From assembly GCA_010093815.1 (NCBI GenBank), contig ML996579.1: a stretch of DNA of 64,000 bases; one strand, 5' to 3'. The notes beneath the pieces are model-generated. The model searched no databases. It was not told where the DNA came from and saw nothing but the letters and a program-made list of their open reading frames with translations. The translations under genes were made by a program, and so were the position numbers. Position 1 is the stretch's first letter. Every line of letters starts with the position of its first letter. Shown here piece after piece: positions 37,211-49,400 of the stretch. This DNA is from Pseudovirgaria hyperparasitica (Eukaryota).

Positions 37211-37860
37211 GGTGCGTTTAGGGTTGGGGTTTGGGAGGGGGGTTTGGGGAGGAGGAGGAGAGGAGGAGAAGAGAGAGGGGATGGGATGGGGAAGATTAGG
37301 GGGATGGGGAAGATTAGGGGGGAGGACGATCACGCATCGCAGACCGTGGCAGGATATCATGAATACATCAACACCCAACACTCAGCTCCATATAGTAACT
37401 CAGATACGAGATCGATGAATGGACGGTAGTTATGTAGGTACAAGAATAACACAAAAAGAAAACAAAAAAAAACCGGAACTTTCGCATCTCCACAGCCCCG
37501 GATCTCCACTCCATCCCGGTGCGCGGCATACGTCACACGTCATACGGATATACATTATATCACACACCCCAGCCCCAACCACCCAATCCACCTTCCGGGA
37601 AATCTCCAATCACGCCAGCCTCTCTTGAGGTACTGTACTGTATACTGTCTGTCGTTGCAATGGATAGATACTGCCCCCGTGCGTGTGTGTACGTAGCACG
37701 GTATAATTAACTGGCTGCGAGGAATCGCCATGGCACACACAGCATGATAACTTTATGATACTGCGCCCCTGGCTACGGGACAGGAGTGGCTTGGCGAAGT
37801 AGAGTGTAGTATAGTAGGGAAGAGTGTGGGATGGGATGGGATGGGGTGTGTTGAGAGGGT

Positions 37861-37990
37861 ATGGAGTGTATTGAGAGGGAATGGAATGTATTAAGATGGA
37901 ATGGAATGTATTAAGATGGAATGGAATATATTGAGCGAGAATGGAATGTATCGAAATAGAATGGAATAGGATGGAATGTATTGAAAGGCA
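37861..37990. repeat. 20-bp period minisatellite (ATGGAATGTATTAAGATGGA consensus)
   Basis: About six degenerate copies are visible directly. Confidence 0.85.
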
Positions 37991-38819
37991 ATGGCACGGC
38001 ACGAAATGGATCCCCACCCTCAATTCCCCATCCCGCACCCCCCCCATAAACTCCGAATTCCGCATTCCGCAATTCCGAACCCAATCCGTCCGCCACCCGA
38101 CCAACCAACCAACCACCTTGCTAATTGACCGATTGCGCGCGAGGAAATCTGATACTCCGTTGGTTATTCACATTCATTTGCTCGATGATCTGGCTTGAGG
38201 GTGATTCTAGAGTGTCTGGTGGGGATGTGGATGTGATGGGGATGGATGGATGTATGTATGTATGCTTGGGGAGTTGTGTGAGGTGTTGATTGAGTGAGTG
38301 GCTGGGTTAATTATGGGCGTGTGTGGTGTGGTTTGTGGTAATGGAATAGTATAGATGACGTCCCTTCTTCGGGGGAAACGGGATTATATGTAACATGACG
38401 TGTTTGTATTATTCTTTATTCGCCTGATGATATGGTGTTGCGGCGTTGTCTATATCCCGGTGTTGTTATGTTGTTGTGTTTATATCGTCCTGCTTTCATC
38501 CTACACCCGCCCTCTATTCTCCTCTATTGCCATCATGTCTCCCTCCATGCCCGTCGTTCGTCTCGGAGATATATCCCGGAGACAGAGGGGGCTGGAGTAC
38601 ATGGCTCCATGCATGACGCATGAGAAGAGGCGGGTTCGGGTGTTTTGCAGAGAGAGAGAGGGAGAGAGACGCCGTGTGGGCTCGTATATAGCCTTCCTGG
38701 ATCCTGCGTGGGTATTGTTTCTGTATCTACTACATCTTCTGTTCATACACACATACAACCACCACCACAACACTCACCAACCACCAACCAACAAACCCAG
38801 AAAACCCAACAAACCCAAA

Positions 38820-39905
38820 ATGAAATCCCCCTCCCCACTCCCATCCCTCCTCACCCTCACCATCTCCCTCACCCTCACCACCATCCCCCTCGCCACCGCA
38901 GACAAAGACTGGACCTGGACCGAATCCTGCGCCGTAAGTCCCTCTTTTCCTCCTCACTCCCACCCTTATCCCTTCCCCGCTCCTCCCCCCCCATTTCCCC
39001 TCCCCCTTTCCCTCCCCTCATCCCCCCCCTCAACACAATCTAACACCCCCCAAGTCCCCCTGCGCCCCCGACTTCTCCCAAACCAACATCCGCGCCCTCT
39101 GCGCCGACCCCCCCGCCCTCTCCTCCGTCTCCGCCTGCATCGCCAGCGCCCCCGCATGCGCCAGTCCCACCGACGCGCGCGACAAGGTCCGTCAGAGCGT
39201 CGCGTCGCTTTGTGGTGATGTTACGGCTACGTCTGTCTCTACTGCCAAGCCGTCTAGTACTCAACCTGGCGAAGATGGTGATGATGGTGATGGTGATGGT
39301 GATAATGGTGATGATGGTGAAAGCTGGGGCAACAACGGGCCCTGGACAGGCAAAGACGGGCCGCACATGACGGCGGGTGGAGGAGGGCCGTTTGGCGGTG
39401 GGTGGGGGCCGTGGGCGCATTCGGGGGCGGGGTGGATGAGTGATGGGGCAGCTCAGGGAGCGTGGACGCGGTGGTGGGAGAATGGGGATTGTCCTGCTTC
39501 GGAGTGGGCGGGGTGGACGAGTGGGAGTTGGAGTCGGGAGGCTGTGAGTATTTTACTTTTTTTTGCCTTTCTTTTGTTCGCTTTGGGTTTGCTCACTTCC
39601 CCCTTTGTTCTGTGTGTCATGGAAGGTGTTGGTACTGACAGCCACAGGACTGGACGACGTGGAGCGGGTGTAGTGCGACGACGACGGCGACGGTGGTGAC
39701 TACCACGGTGAGCGGGACGGAGAGCGTGTATACGAGTCTGGAGACGCGGGTTGCGCAGGTGACGGGCGGGGCGGTGCAGACTGGTGGTGGTGATGGGAGT
39801 GCGCCGGGTTCTGGGGCTGGGAGCGTGGGGACGGCGATTAGTAGGGAGATGGTTGGGTTTGGGGTGGCTTTTGCTGCTGTGTTTGGTATTATGGTTGCGC
39901 TTTGA
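38820..39905 (+). CDS. Secreted, probably GPI-anchored cell-surface protein (Cys-rich N-domain, GD-repeat linker, Trp-rich domain); 2 introns
   Basis: Signal peptide MKSPSPLPSLLTLTISLTLTTIPLATA. Introns at about 38934-39054 and 39544-39647 give a continuous frame. A Thr-rich stalk precedes the hydrophobic C-terminus VGFGVAFAAVFGIMVAL*. Confidence 0.8.
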
Positions 39906-40144
39906 TGGGTGATTGGGTGATTGATATATGTATGATGCTGAGTCGGATTGGGGATCTCTCCGACGTCTTCAATGAGGAATTTGTGACTGCGATTGTAGAA
40001 TAGTGGAACGGTGGACCGCGAAGTTGTTCGGCTGTTGAAAGGATTCGTCATTCGAAGATGGTTGACTGGTTCTATTGTGTGCTTCGAGGCAACGGATATT
40101 TAGATAATGTACAACATCCAACCACTCACAATCCCCACCAATCG

Positions 40145-41004
40145 CTACGTAAATACAGATCGTTGTGACGGACTGCCTCTGCCCCTTTCGTACAGCCACT
40201 TGTTGTTCAGGCCCACGCTCGCGGGCTTACTGGCCGACGCTGGTGTCGGCGTGGGTGGAGTGCTCCCGCCAAAGCTCGTGGTCGAGTCCATAAAGTGACT
40301 AACCGCCAGTGGGCTTTGTGATCCGTAGCTCAGTCTTCGGGTTGCGTCCTCGCCAGTCCGACGCTTCAACAAAGGACTGGAATCCCGCTTGAGCGGCGAT
40401 GGAGAGAAAGAGTTGCTCTCTTGCCCACGGCCTGCGAGGGGCGACGAGTTCGCCGACCGCGCAGTGCCAGGCTGAGCCCTGACGCTGCTCCCAAGGCTAG
40501 ACGCGCTTCGAGGTGTCGATCTAGCGTATCGTGGTGGAGTTATGTATTGCGAGCCCGGCGTCAAAGGTGCGTTCGAAGGAGGAAGTCCGAGCAGGGCGCG
40601 CTGGGACGGAGTGAGCGGTATGTCGGAGAGGTCGTCGGCCTTTGTGTAGAGCGGCTTCAACGCATAGATAGCATTGCCTAGAAACACAGCTCTGACCGCC
40701 CAATACAAGTAGCCAAGCTTGGTGCTGGACGCAGGGAAAAGGTTGAATCTAGGCGCCTGTCAATACTCGTGCTGGCAGAAAGCAGCTCTTGGACATCGTA
40801 CATGAACGGTATGAAGCGATACAAGATGTGTGGAACGACAAAGGTCGAGATGAAGGCGAGAGCATTCCACACAATGGCGTGTACGTTCTGTTCGTTGAAC
40901 GTCTTTGCGCCGATGCGCTTGTTGATCTCGTCAAGCCGGGGATGCCGCCATGCTCCCGTAGGTGTAGCCGAGGCGGCTTTCGGGGTTGCAGGTGCAGAAG
41001 CCAT
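40145..41004 (-). CDS. POM34: Nuclear pore membrane protein, Pom34/NPCC family; 1 intron
   Basis: TPTGAWRHPRLDEI, two hydrophobic segments, DDLSDIPLTPSQRALLGL and NNKWLYE. Confidence 0.82.
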
Positions 41005-41470
41005 GACCGAGCTTGGGGAGAGCTACATGATGTTTAGTCGTCTTCAATCGAAAAGGTCGCGATGCTGGCGGTGGACATACCTCTTCAACGAGAATTCTCT
41101 AGAGTTGATCCTAGACCTGCCGTTAGTAAGTTAGTTGGTGAGCTGGGGAGCAATCGCGGGTTAGTCCATAGTGCAATTGTCCAACTGTCGTGACGTTGAG
41201 ATTGAAGTGAAGCAGCTCCAAAGACGGTGGATCCCAGACACAACAGGTGGAGTGGGATTGTTTGGGCAACGGCCCTGGAGCGCGCTAAGGGGTTACGCTA
41301 GCACGTGATGTCAAGCCGCCACATCTTGCGCCACAACGGGGAATCATCAGTTCAGGTGGAGTGACGTTGGACCATCGGGCTATCTTTTATGCTCCGCGCC
41401 TGGCAAGCTTCAATCAGGCTCTCTCTCTCTCTCTCTCTCTCAACCCTCCTCTTCACACCATCTTACAATC

Positions 41471-43327
41471 ATGGCTGGCATAGTGGAACAAATCGACAAC
41501 CTCCTGGCTGACCTCTTTGCCGGTTGGAACAGCTATTCCACCGGTCTTGTCGCAGTCATTGTCCTCTTCGTCGTTTGGGTCATCACCGAATCCAAAGATC
41601 CCGATACCCATCCCCTCCTCCTCGCTCGACAGTCGCAAGCTTCATATGTCCGCCAGCCTGGCGAGTCAGCCGTCTACAGGTCTCCGGAAGTACCATACGG
41701 ATGTGTGTATCTCAAACACCCCCACGTACCATGCGTTTAAACAACAGCGCTGACACTGTCCAGACCCTCTCCGCTCCGGTCTCAACGTACGCGCTCCCGG
41801 AGCCCCGATATACGCTGCCGGTAAAGATGGAGATCTGCGAGACATATGGAAAAGAGTTACCGGCGAGCTGCCCATCGACAAAGACGAAAGCGGACAGCCG
41901 GGCAAGATCTTGACCGTCTATGGTAAAGAAGACATTGATGATCACAACATCGCGGACTTGTCCAAGGAGATTGCCATAATCGGGAAGCACTTGACTAGCA
42001 ATGGCGCAAACAGGGTTGCAGTGTATATGCCAAACTCCGTCGAGCTTCTTCTCGTTCTCTTCGGTTTGTACAGAGTCAATACACGGTTGCACGCAGATGC
42101 TAACTCTCAGTAGCTGGAGCTTTCTATGGGTTTACAGTTATTCTGCTGCCATACAACCAATCGCATCCGAATCTTGCGGGTCTTCTGAATACTACAGGCG
42201 CCGATGCTCTCGTCGCCGCTGCTGGATCATTCCCCCTAGAAGATATCAGCAGACAAGCCATTTCGCTGAAGCAGGTCATCTGGAGTGTTGAGAAGACCAG
42301 TAGGCATGTTGGCTGGAGCGAGGTCCCCGCGGGCATTGGCGGAAAGGTCGATGTGTCCGTTCTGCATGAGCTTGTAAAAGACGGCAAAGCCAGTGCAGAA
42401 TTGCCAAACGACTCCACCACTGAGCCTGGGAATGTCGTCTTCGTTTGGCAAGACACTGAAGGCAAAGGCGGCGAAGTCATTGAATTTACCCAAAAGGTCA
42501 GCTTTCTAGCAGCAAAGCACAATGCGCATTGATTGACTTCAATCTAGAACATCGTCGCAGCAGTAGCCGCTCTCGGTTCAGCACTCCCCCCGCAACAGCG
42601 ATTCACCAAGTCCGACATGTTTCTTCCTGCCGAGTCTCTGACGCACAGCTATCCCTTGGCCCTCACTCTGTCTGCTCTATTCACCAGGACAAATGTTGCG
42701 CTTACCTCTGTAGCTGGAACCGGTGTTGACCTGGGTATGGCCATTCGTAGCGTAGCCCCAACAATCCTAGTCGCATCTGCCGAAAGTGCTGCCAAACTCC
42801 ACAAGTCAGCCACAACATCCCTTACCGATGCAATGAAGAAGCTTGGTCACTACATGGCGACACGCACTTTGGCGGCTGGACGCATGCCAGCCGGTTCCCT
42901 GGCTGCTGCCGTGGACAACAAGGATCCAGCTGCTGCCTCTCCTGGTAAATTGCGCCTCATCTTCATCTCTGAGCGCATCGGTGCCAATACTCCACCTCTG
43001 ACCTCCAATGATCTCTCCGACCTCCGCATCTTCACCAAAGCGCGCGTTGTATACGCTCTCACGTCCGCGAAAGTAGCCGGAGCCATATCTCAAACCAACG
43101 TGTATGACTACCGTCGTGGCATAGGTGAATCAGAAAATAAGCACTCGCACTTTGGTGTACCCGTGAGCTCAGTCGAGATCAAGATGACAGACACTGCAAC
43201 CCACAGAACGTCAGACGATCAAGTTTCTGGCGAGATCACTGTGACTGGACCTGCTGTCGCCGGTGGACAGGTGTCGCTGGGCGTCAACGGCACATTTAGA
43301 GATGACAACACATTGGCCTACGCTTAA
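41471..43327 (+). CDS. AMP-binding (acyl-CoA synthetase-like) fold protein with N-terminal membrane anchor, 3 introns
   Basis: TM segment followed by DPDTHPLLLARQ, RVAVYMPNSVEL, EFTQKNIVAAVAA, HFGVPVSSVEIK, GEITVTGPAV and GTFRDDNTL. Confidence 0.78.
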
Positions 43328-43608
43328 ACACGTCTTGTCTGGGATCTAGTTATATCAGTCTATCACCGATTAGCGGGCTTTGGATATTTATGTATGAATG
43401 AATGAAAATGAGCCAACATGAAACGAGCCTTCAATCCACTGGTACCAATGCATAAGTACTGCAATTGAGATGCATGCCCGCGTTCCACGAGCATCCGACG
43501 TCCATAAACGCCAAGCCCGCAGCCGCATTTGGATGCCGGGATCATCGACCACGCACGATGCGCGCATAAACTACTCCACTCTCTCCCATCAACCACCTCA
43601 ACTTCAAG

Positions 43609-44385
43609 ATGCGTGGCAAGCTAATCGTTTTCGAAGGTCTCGACAAAGCTGGAAAATCAACGCAATGCTCCAAACTCGTCGAGGCTATGCGTGCACAGGG
43701 GAAGGATGTGAAACAGATGCGGTTTCCAGGTTCGTCCATCTTGTCCGAAACACACCGGGATCATGATCTTCAAGGGATAGCATTAGGCTAATAATATGTA
43801 GACAGGACGACACCGATTGGTCAGATGATAAATAATTATTTGACCGGAGACAGCGAACAGGAAGATCATGTGATTCATCTATTGTTCAGTGCGAATCGAT
43901 GGGAGGCAGCGTATGTTCCCACATTCGAACCTTCTCTCGGGCTCGCCGAAAACGGCTAACATCCTAACAGCGCATCTATACAAAAAGACATAGCCGCTGG
44001 AAAGACTGTCATCGTCGACCGCTACTACTACTCTGGCATCGTCTACTCCGCTGCAAAACGCAACCCAGCCTTATCGCTCCTCTGGGCACGCCATCCCGAA
44101 GTCGGACTACCGCGCCCTGACATCTGTATCTTCCTGGACATTTCGCCCGAGGATGCTGCGAAGCGAGGCGATTTTGGCAGCGAGAGGTATGAGAGTACTG
44201 AGATGCAGGACCGGGTTAGGGAGTTGTTTGGAGTGTTGAGGGAGGGCCAGGAGAAGGCCGACTTTGTACGGATTGACGCGGGAGGGGAGTTGGAGGAAGT
44301 GCATAGGCTGGTGAGGGAGGCGGTTGACAGGGTTTGTGAGGGTATAGACTTGACGGGGTTGCCTCTGCGGTTTGTACAGCCGTGA
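43609..44385 (+). CDS. CDC8: Thymidylate kinase, 2 introns
   Basis: [19 protein letters not shown]-loop, [33 protein letters not shown] and ERYE. Confidence 0.96.
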
Positions 44386-44390
44386 TGACC

Positions 44391-45628
44391 TCACGGAGGG
44401 TGTGATAGGTGGCCCAGGTTGTGTCGTTTGAGTGCTGCTGGCTTCAAAGGGCTTGGATCGCCCTCGCTGTCATCGTCCGATGAAATGAGGACGTAACTGT
44501 CTCCTAGCATAGAGCCTGCGACGAATGGTTCGGGCGCCTCGACAGCTTCTTCGTTTCCGGAATCAAGCTCTCCGTCCAAACCCTCGTCTAACACGTCGTC
44601 GGCCTCCATCTCCTCGACGACACGCTTGCGCTTTTTCTTGAGGAGTTGAATGATTTCCTTCTCGCCTCTCTCGCGTAGTGTCAATTCCTGGACCAGAGTT
44701 CTCCACTCCAGCTTGGTTTGGCACAAAGGGCACTTGCCAGACTTTGGTATGAGTGCATTGGTCTCTGGGTTCTCTGCTAGAAAGCGTTTTGAAAGACATA
44801 CAAGATGCGAAACTGACTCGCATTTTCCTTGAGGGCAGACTAGGACCATAGATTCTTTTGGATTGATGCGTGTTCGACACACTTCGCAATGAGGGGGTCT
44901 ATCGCGATTGAGCAAGTCGAGACTCTTCTCATAGTGAGCCTTCACATCTTCATATGCAACATTTAACGCGTACAGTCCTCTTGCTGATTCCGGTAATTGT
45001 CCTTGCAACTTTGGTGGGAGACTTGGTTGACCGGCGATCGAATGCACCACAATCCTGGTATCTAGTGGCTTGCCGAGTGTCTTCTCAATCTGCTTATCAA
45101 AAACCCTCCATCGACCATGCACTCCCTCATCGAAGAACTCAAGTGTTAGTGGCCATCGTGAGAAACTCTGCGCGCGCAGTAGGAGATTCAAGTGTTTCAA
45201 GCCTTTTGGAAGAGTCACCGCAGGTCGTCTCTGTTTTGACGGACTCTTTACTTCTGCAGCAATGTGACGTGTCTTGTGTGCATGCTGCCATGCCCATCTA
45301 AGTAGTTCTCAGCGACCATGCAGGACGTAGACGTTCGACCGCACGTGACGGGGCAGTCAGAGCAGTATGTGTCTATTACTCACTCGAATTGCAGCGCTGC
45401 AATTTTGGAAGGGAATCCAGTGACGAGCAAGCACATCTCCCATGGTCTCTTTGTGCCATTACCGTTCTCCGACGCTGTGCGCCACGCTCCCCCCTTGGTG
45501 ATGCCATTGTGCTGTTTAATGCGACGGACCGGGTTTGGCGTGGAGCCAATGTACAGACTGGCTTTTGGCTGGACGGTGGAGCGCAGCAGGTAGCAGCAGT
45601 AGAATGCAGGTATCGGTTTGTCCATCAT
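44391..45628 (-). CDS. SLX1: Structure-specific endonuclease subunit Slx1 (GIY-YIG + RING/PHD-like), 1 intron
   Basis: [47 protein letters not shown] and a C-terminal CxxC..C..C..HxxC..CxxC. Confidence 0.96.
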
Positions 45629-46443
45629 GTTGGGTGTTGCTGCCGTGACACCTATATAGTTCGAGCAATGAAGTGTGGTAAATAATACACTTGATGCACA
45701 AGGCTACTAGCGCTGATGCATTGACCACCCTAGTCCGACACATGGAATCATGGACGGAAGAACGGCCTGAGCGCAGCCTGACCCACGCCGCCGCCGCCCC
45801 AAGAACTTAGAAAGACAATGGAATGTCGGACATTTGGCGTTGTATTATTTTGTAGGTAGAAGTAATATGGACGAGGTGAAGTACTTCTCCATCAGTGCTC
45901 CCAATATTTGCGCGTGCAAGATATAGAGAATAGACAGTGACAGCCATATAAGCACAGTATGAGGTGATGATCTTGGCCGCACAGAAACGAGGACGAGCGA
46001 CTTTGGTGGTCTATCAGGTCAACGTTGTCTGATTGGGCCTAGAGATCGCTAGTGTAGACCTGTCGCTCGTACTTGCCCTTTGCACTTGCACGGCTTCTTC
46101 TACGTCCCATCCCATCCTCCTCATAACCTCATATCCCTTCCAACCCGCCTCCGCTGCCGCTGACATGCGACAAACCTCTCTCCGACGACATCACCGCCCT
46201 TTTCGCTCTCCGAATACTCCTTAATTGCTGCTGCCGGCACCCAATATCACGTCTTATTGCCTCCACCAGCAATTAGCCTGCATTGCCATATGCCCCCCGG
46301 TAATCTGCCTAAGATAATCCGTTCGACTTCCTTTTCCGTACAGTTCGTACTCGCCTAAGCTCGACAGAAGCTCATAACGACCTGTCGGCCGATCTGACGA
46401 AGCGTACACCATACAGAGGGTTGAGGAGGAATATCGAGGACGG

Positions 46444-49400
46444 ATGGTTGTCCCTCCGGCTGTCCAGGGAGGCAATGCGCTCGCCCATAGCGCAACGGCC
46501 ACCTTTCGAGTGAGCCCTGCGAACAGCGGGTCCGTTGCTGCTGCACAAGCACAGCAAGCACAACAAGCACAGAAGATTAGGATGGCAGCGAGCGCAACAC
46601 CCACAAATCATGGCCCACAAACGAACGGACATGTCATACCTTTCAGTGCGCGCAAATCTGCTGCGTTGGACCTGTCTACCGTGGAGCGACGTGGAGAACC
46701 CTCAGCTGTTCCGAACATACGCAAAACGTCGCGGCCCTTTGGACTGGAAGAGGCGCCGACGTATTACCCTACGGAGAAAGAATGGGAGGATCCACTGGCA
46801 TACGTTATGAGCGTAGCCCCAGAGGCGTCAAAGTATGGCATCATGAAAGTCATCCCTCCGGACACTTGGCTCCCAGATCTGGCGATTGATACTGAGGTAC
46901 GTCATGATATATTCCACTCAGCACACATCTTACCTCGTAGTCTTGCGCGGCATTTTTGGCCACTTCACCTAGTCATAACCACCGGTTTTCAGTACGAAAT
47001 TCTGACAAAGAAACAGAAATTCCACTTCAAAACTCGCCGACAAGCACTAAACTCTGTTGAGGGTGGTGGGTTTAACTGTCTTTCAATGTTGCGTTGAATT
47101 TGCTAATGAGTTTGCAGGAACACGTGCGAACGGTAACTATCTGGACCAACTTCAAAAATTCCACCGAAATCACGGGACAAACTTGAACCGCTTCCCTAGT
47201 GTAGACAAGCGTCCGCTTGACCTGTACAAGCTTAAAAAGGCCGTCGAATGTCGTGGCGGCTTCGAAAAGGTCTGTAAGGGCAAGAAATGGGCCGAGATTG
47301 GTCGCGACCTAGGCTACAGTGGCAAGATCATGTCATCCTTGTCAACCTCACTGAAAAACTCATACAGCAAATGGCTGCTCCCTTATGAAGAATGGCTGAA
47401 GCATTCGAAGCCTGGTGTCCAGAGACAGATGGAATTCGAGAATGGTGGTCCATACACACCTTCACCATCGCCCATGAAAAAGATGTCACAACATGCAACT
47501 CCTACGCCTGGGTTTCAGGACGACTCGCCAGCGATGAAGGCTTCATCGGCACTACAGACATCCCTACAGAATGCACATGTTCCAACGAGCGCTCCGGAAC
47601 CACGCCTTTCGTCAGGTTTCACCGCAGTCAACGCTGGGGGATTCACGGCAGTGAACGCTCATGTCGCTCCTGTGAATGCCACAAGCTCTTTCTCGGCGAT
47701 CAATTCTCCAGCAAACGGTCCTATTCGCGATAGCGAGCAATCTACGCCGATGCGATGTATCGAGAGCCCCAGGACATCCGCGAACACTCCCGATATGCGA
47801 CCATCAGTATTTGGTACATCGACCCCCCTTTCGAACGGGCACGGTAACTCGAAACGGCCATTTTCCTCTATGGAAGACGACACCCTTGATCCCGACAGCG
47901 CAGATCGGCGGAGCAAGCGTATAAAAAAAGGTAAGCTGGTAATAATAAGGAGCTGTGCGCTCCTTAGAATTCCTGCTACCCGCTACCCTGATTTCACCCA
48001 TGCAATGGAGCACCTTATGTTCTTGGTATCACAATTGCAGCTGCACCTCTCCGGCTTGGCACCGCTAACTTGTACATTATTAGAAGCTGCCCCTACCATA
48101 ACTGGCTCTCACATGACGCAGCCTCGTACGCAAACGCCACGGTTTTTCAATCCGCGTGATCGATCAAAACACAGGCCAGGCGATGTAGGACCCCTTGGAT
48201 TCGTATCACTCCAACATCAACACTCTGTAAAACAGATGCTAATTGTGCTGCAGAACTGCGAGATATGCGATATTAACGAGGTAGCTGGAGATATGGTTCT
48301 CTGTGATGACTGCGAGGGTGGCTATCACATCAAGTGTCTGGATCCTCCCCTATCTGCTGTGCCTACGACTGAGTCTTGGTTTTGCGCAAAATGCCTTGTG
48401 GGAACAGGCGAATTCGGTTTCGAAGACGGTGGCATATATTCACTGAAGCAATTTCAGGAAAAAGCCAGAAACTTCAAGGACAATCACTTCGCCTCGAAGC
48501 AGCATTTCGACCCTATACTTAACCAGAGGCGGCAGGTGTCAGAGGATGAAGTTGAACGGGAGTTCTGGAGACTTGTAGATGATGTCCAGGAGCAGATCGA
48601 GGTGGAATACGGTGCCGATATTGGGTCCGCAACACACGGAAGCGGTTTTCCAACTGTTGAAAAACATCCGCGAGACAAGTATGCAAGAGATCCTTGGAAC
48701 TTGAATCGACTACCGTTTGTGCCGGATTCGCTCTTCAGGTATATCAAAAGTAATATCTCAGGCATGACACAGCCTTGGTTGTACGTTGGCATGGTCTTCT
48801 CCACATTCTGTTGGCATGCCGAAGATCACTACACATATTCTGCCAATTACCAGCACTTCGGTGCAACGAAGACTTGGTATGGCATTCCCGCTGATGACGC
48901 TGAAAAGTTCGAGGAGGCAATGAAAGCAGCTGTGCCGGAACTTTTCGAAAGTCAACCAGATTTACTTTTCCAGTTGGTCACCCTTCTGACGCCGGACCAT
49001 CTCCGCAAAGCAGGTGTAAGAGTTTATGCACTCGACCAACGAGCTGGACAGCTCGTAATCACTTTCCCTCAAGCATATCACTCTGGGTTCAATCACGGGT
49101 TTAATATGAACGAAGCTGTCAATTTTGCTCCCTCTGATTGGGAGCCTTATGGCGAGGCTGGTGCTCTACGACTTCAAGACTTTCGCAGAGATGCATGTTT
49201 CTCCCATGACGAGCTTCTCATGAATGCCGCATCCCAAAAGGATATCACGATCAAAACAGCCAAGTGGCTGGCACCTGCTCTGCAAAGATTACTGGACCGT
49301 GAGCTCAAGATTCGCCACGATTTCACCACCAAACACCACGAGAAGTGGAACCAAAGAGTGGTTCACCTCAATGGTACTGGAGTCACCAGCAGCGTCGAAA

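Noticed and set aside
33119..39905. Secondary-metabolite cluster around the P450
   Set aside because: No PKS, NRPS, terpene synthase, transporter or cluster transcription factor is present.
45964..46032. GTGATGA...CTGA pair suggesting a C/D snoRNA
   Set aside because: There is no terminal stem or clear rRNA antisense element of 10 nt or more; such pairs are expected by chance.
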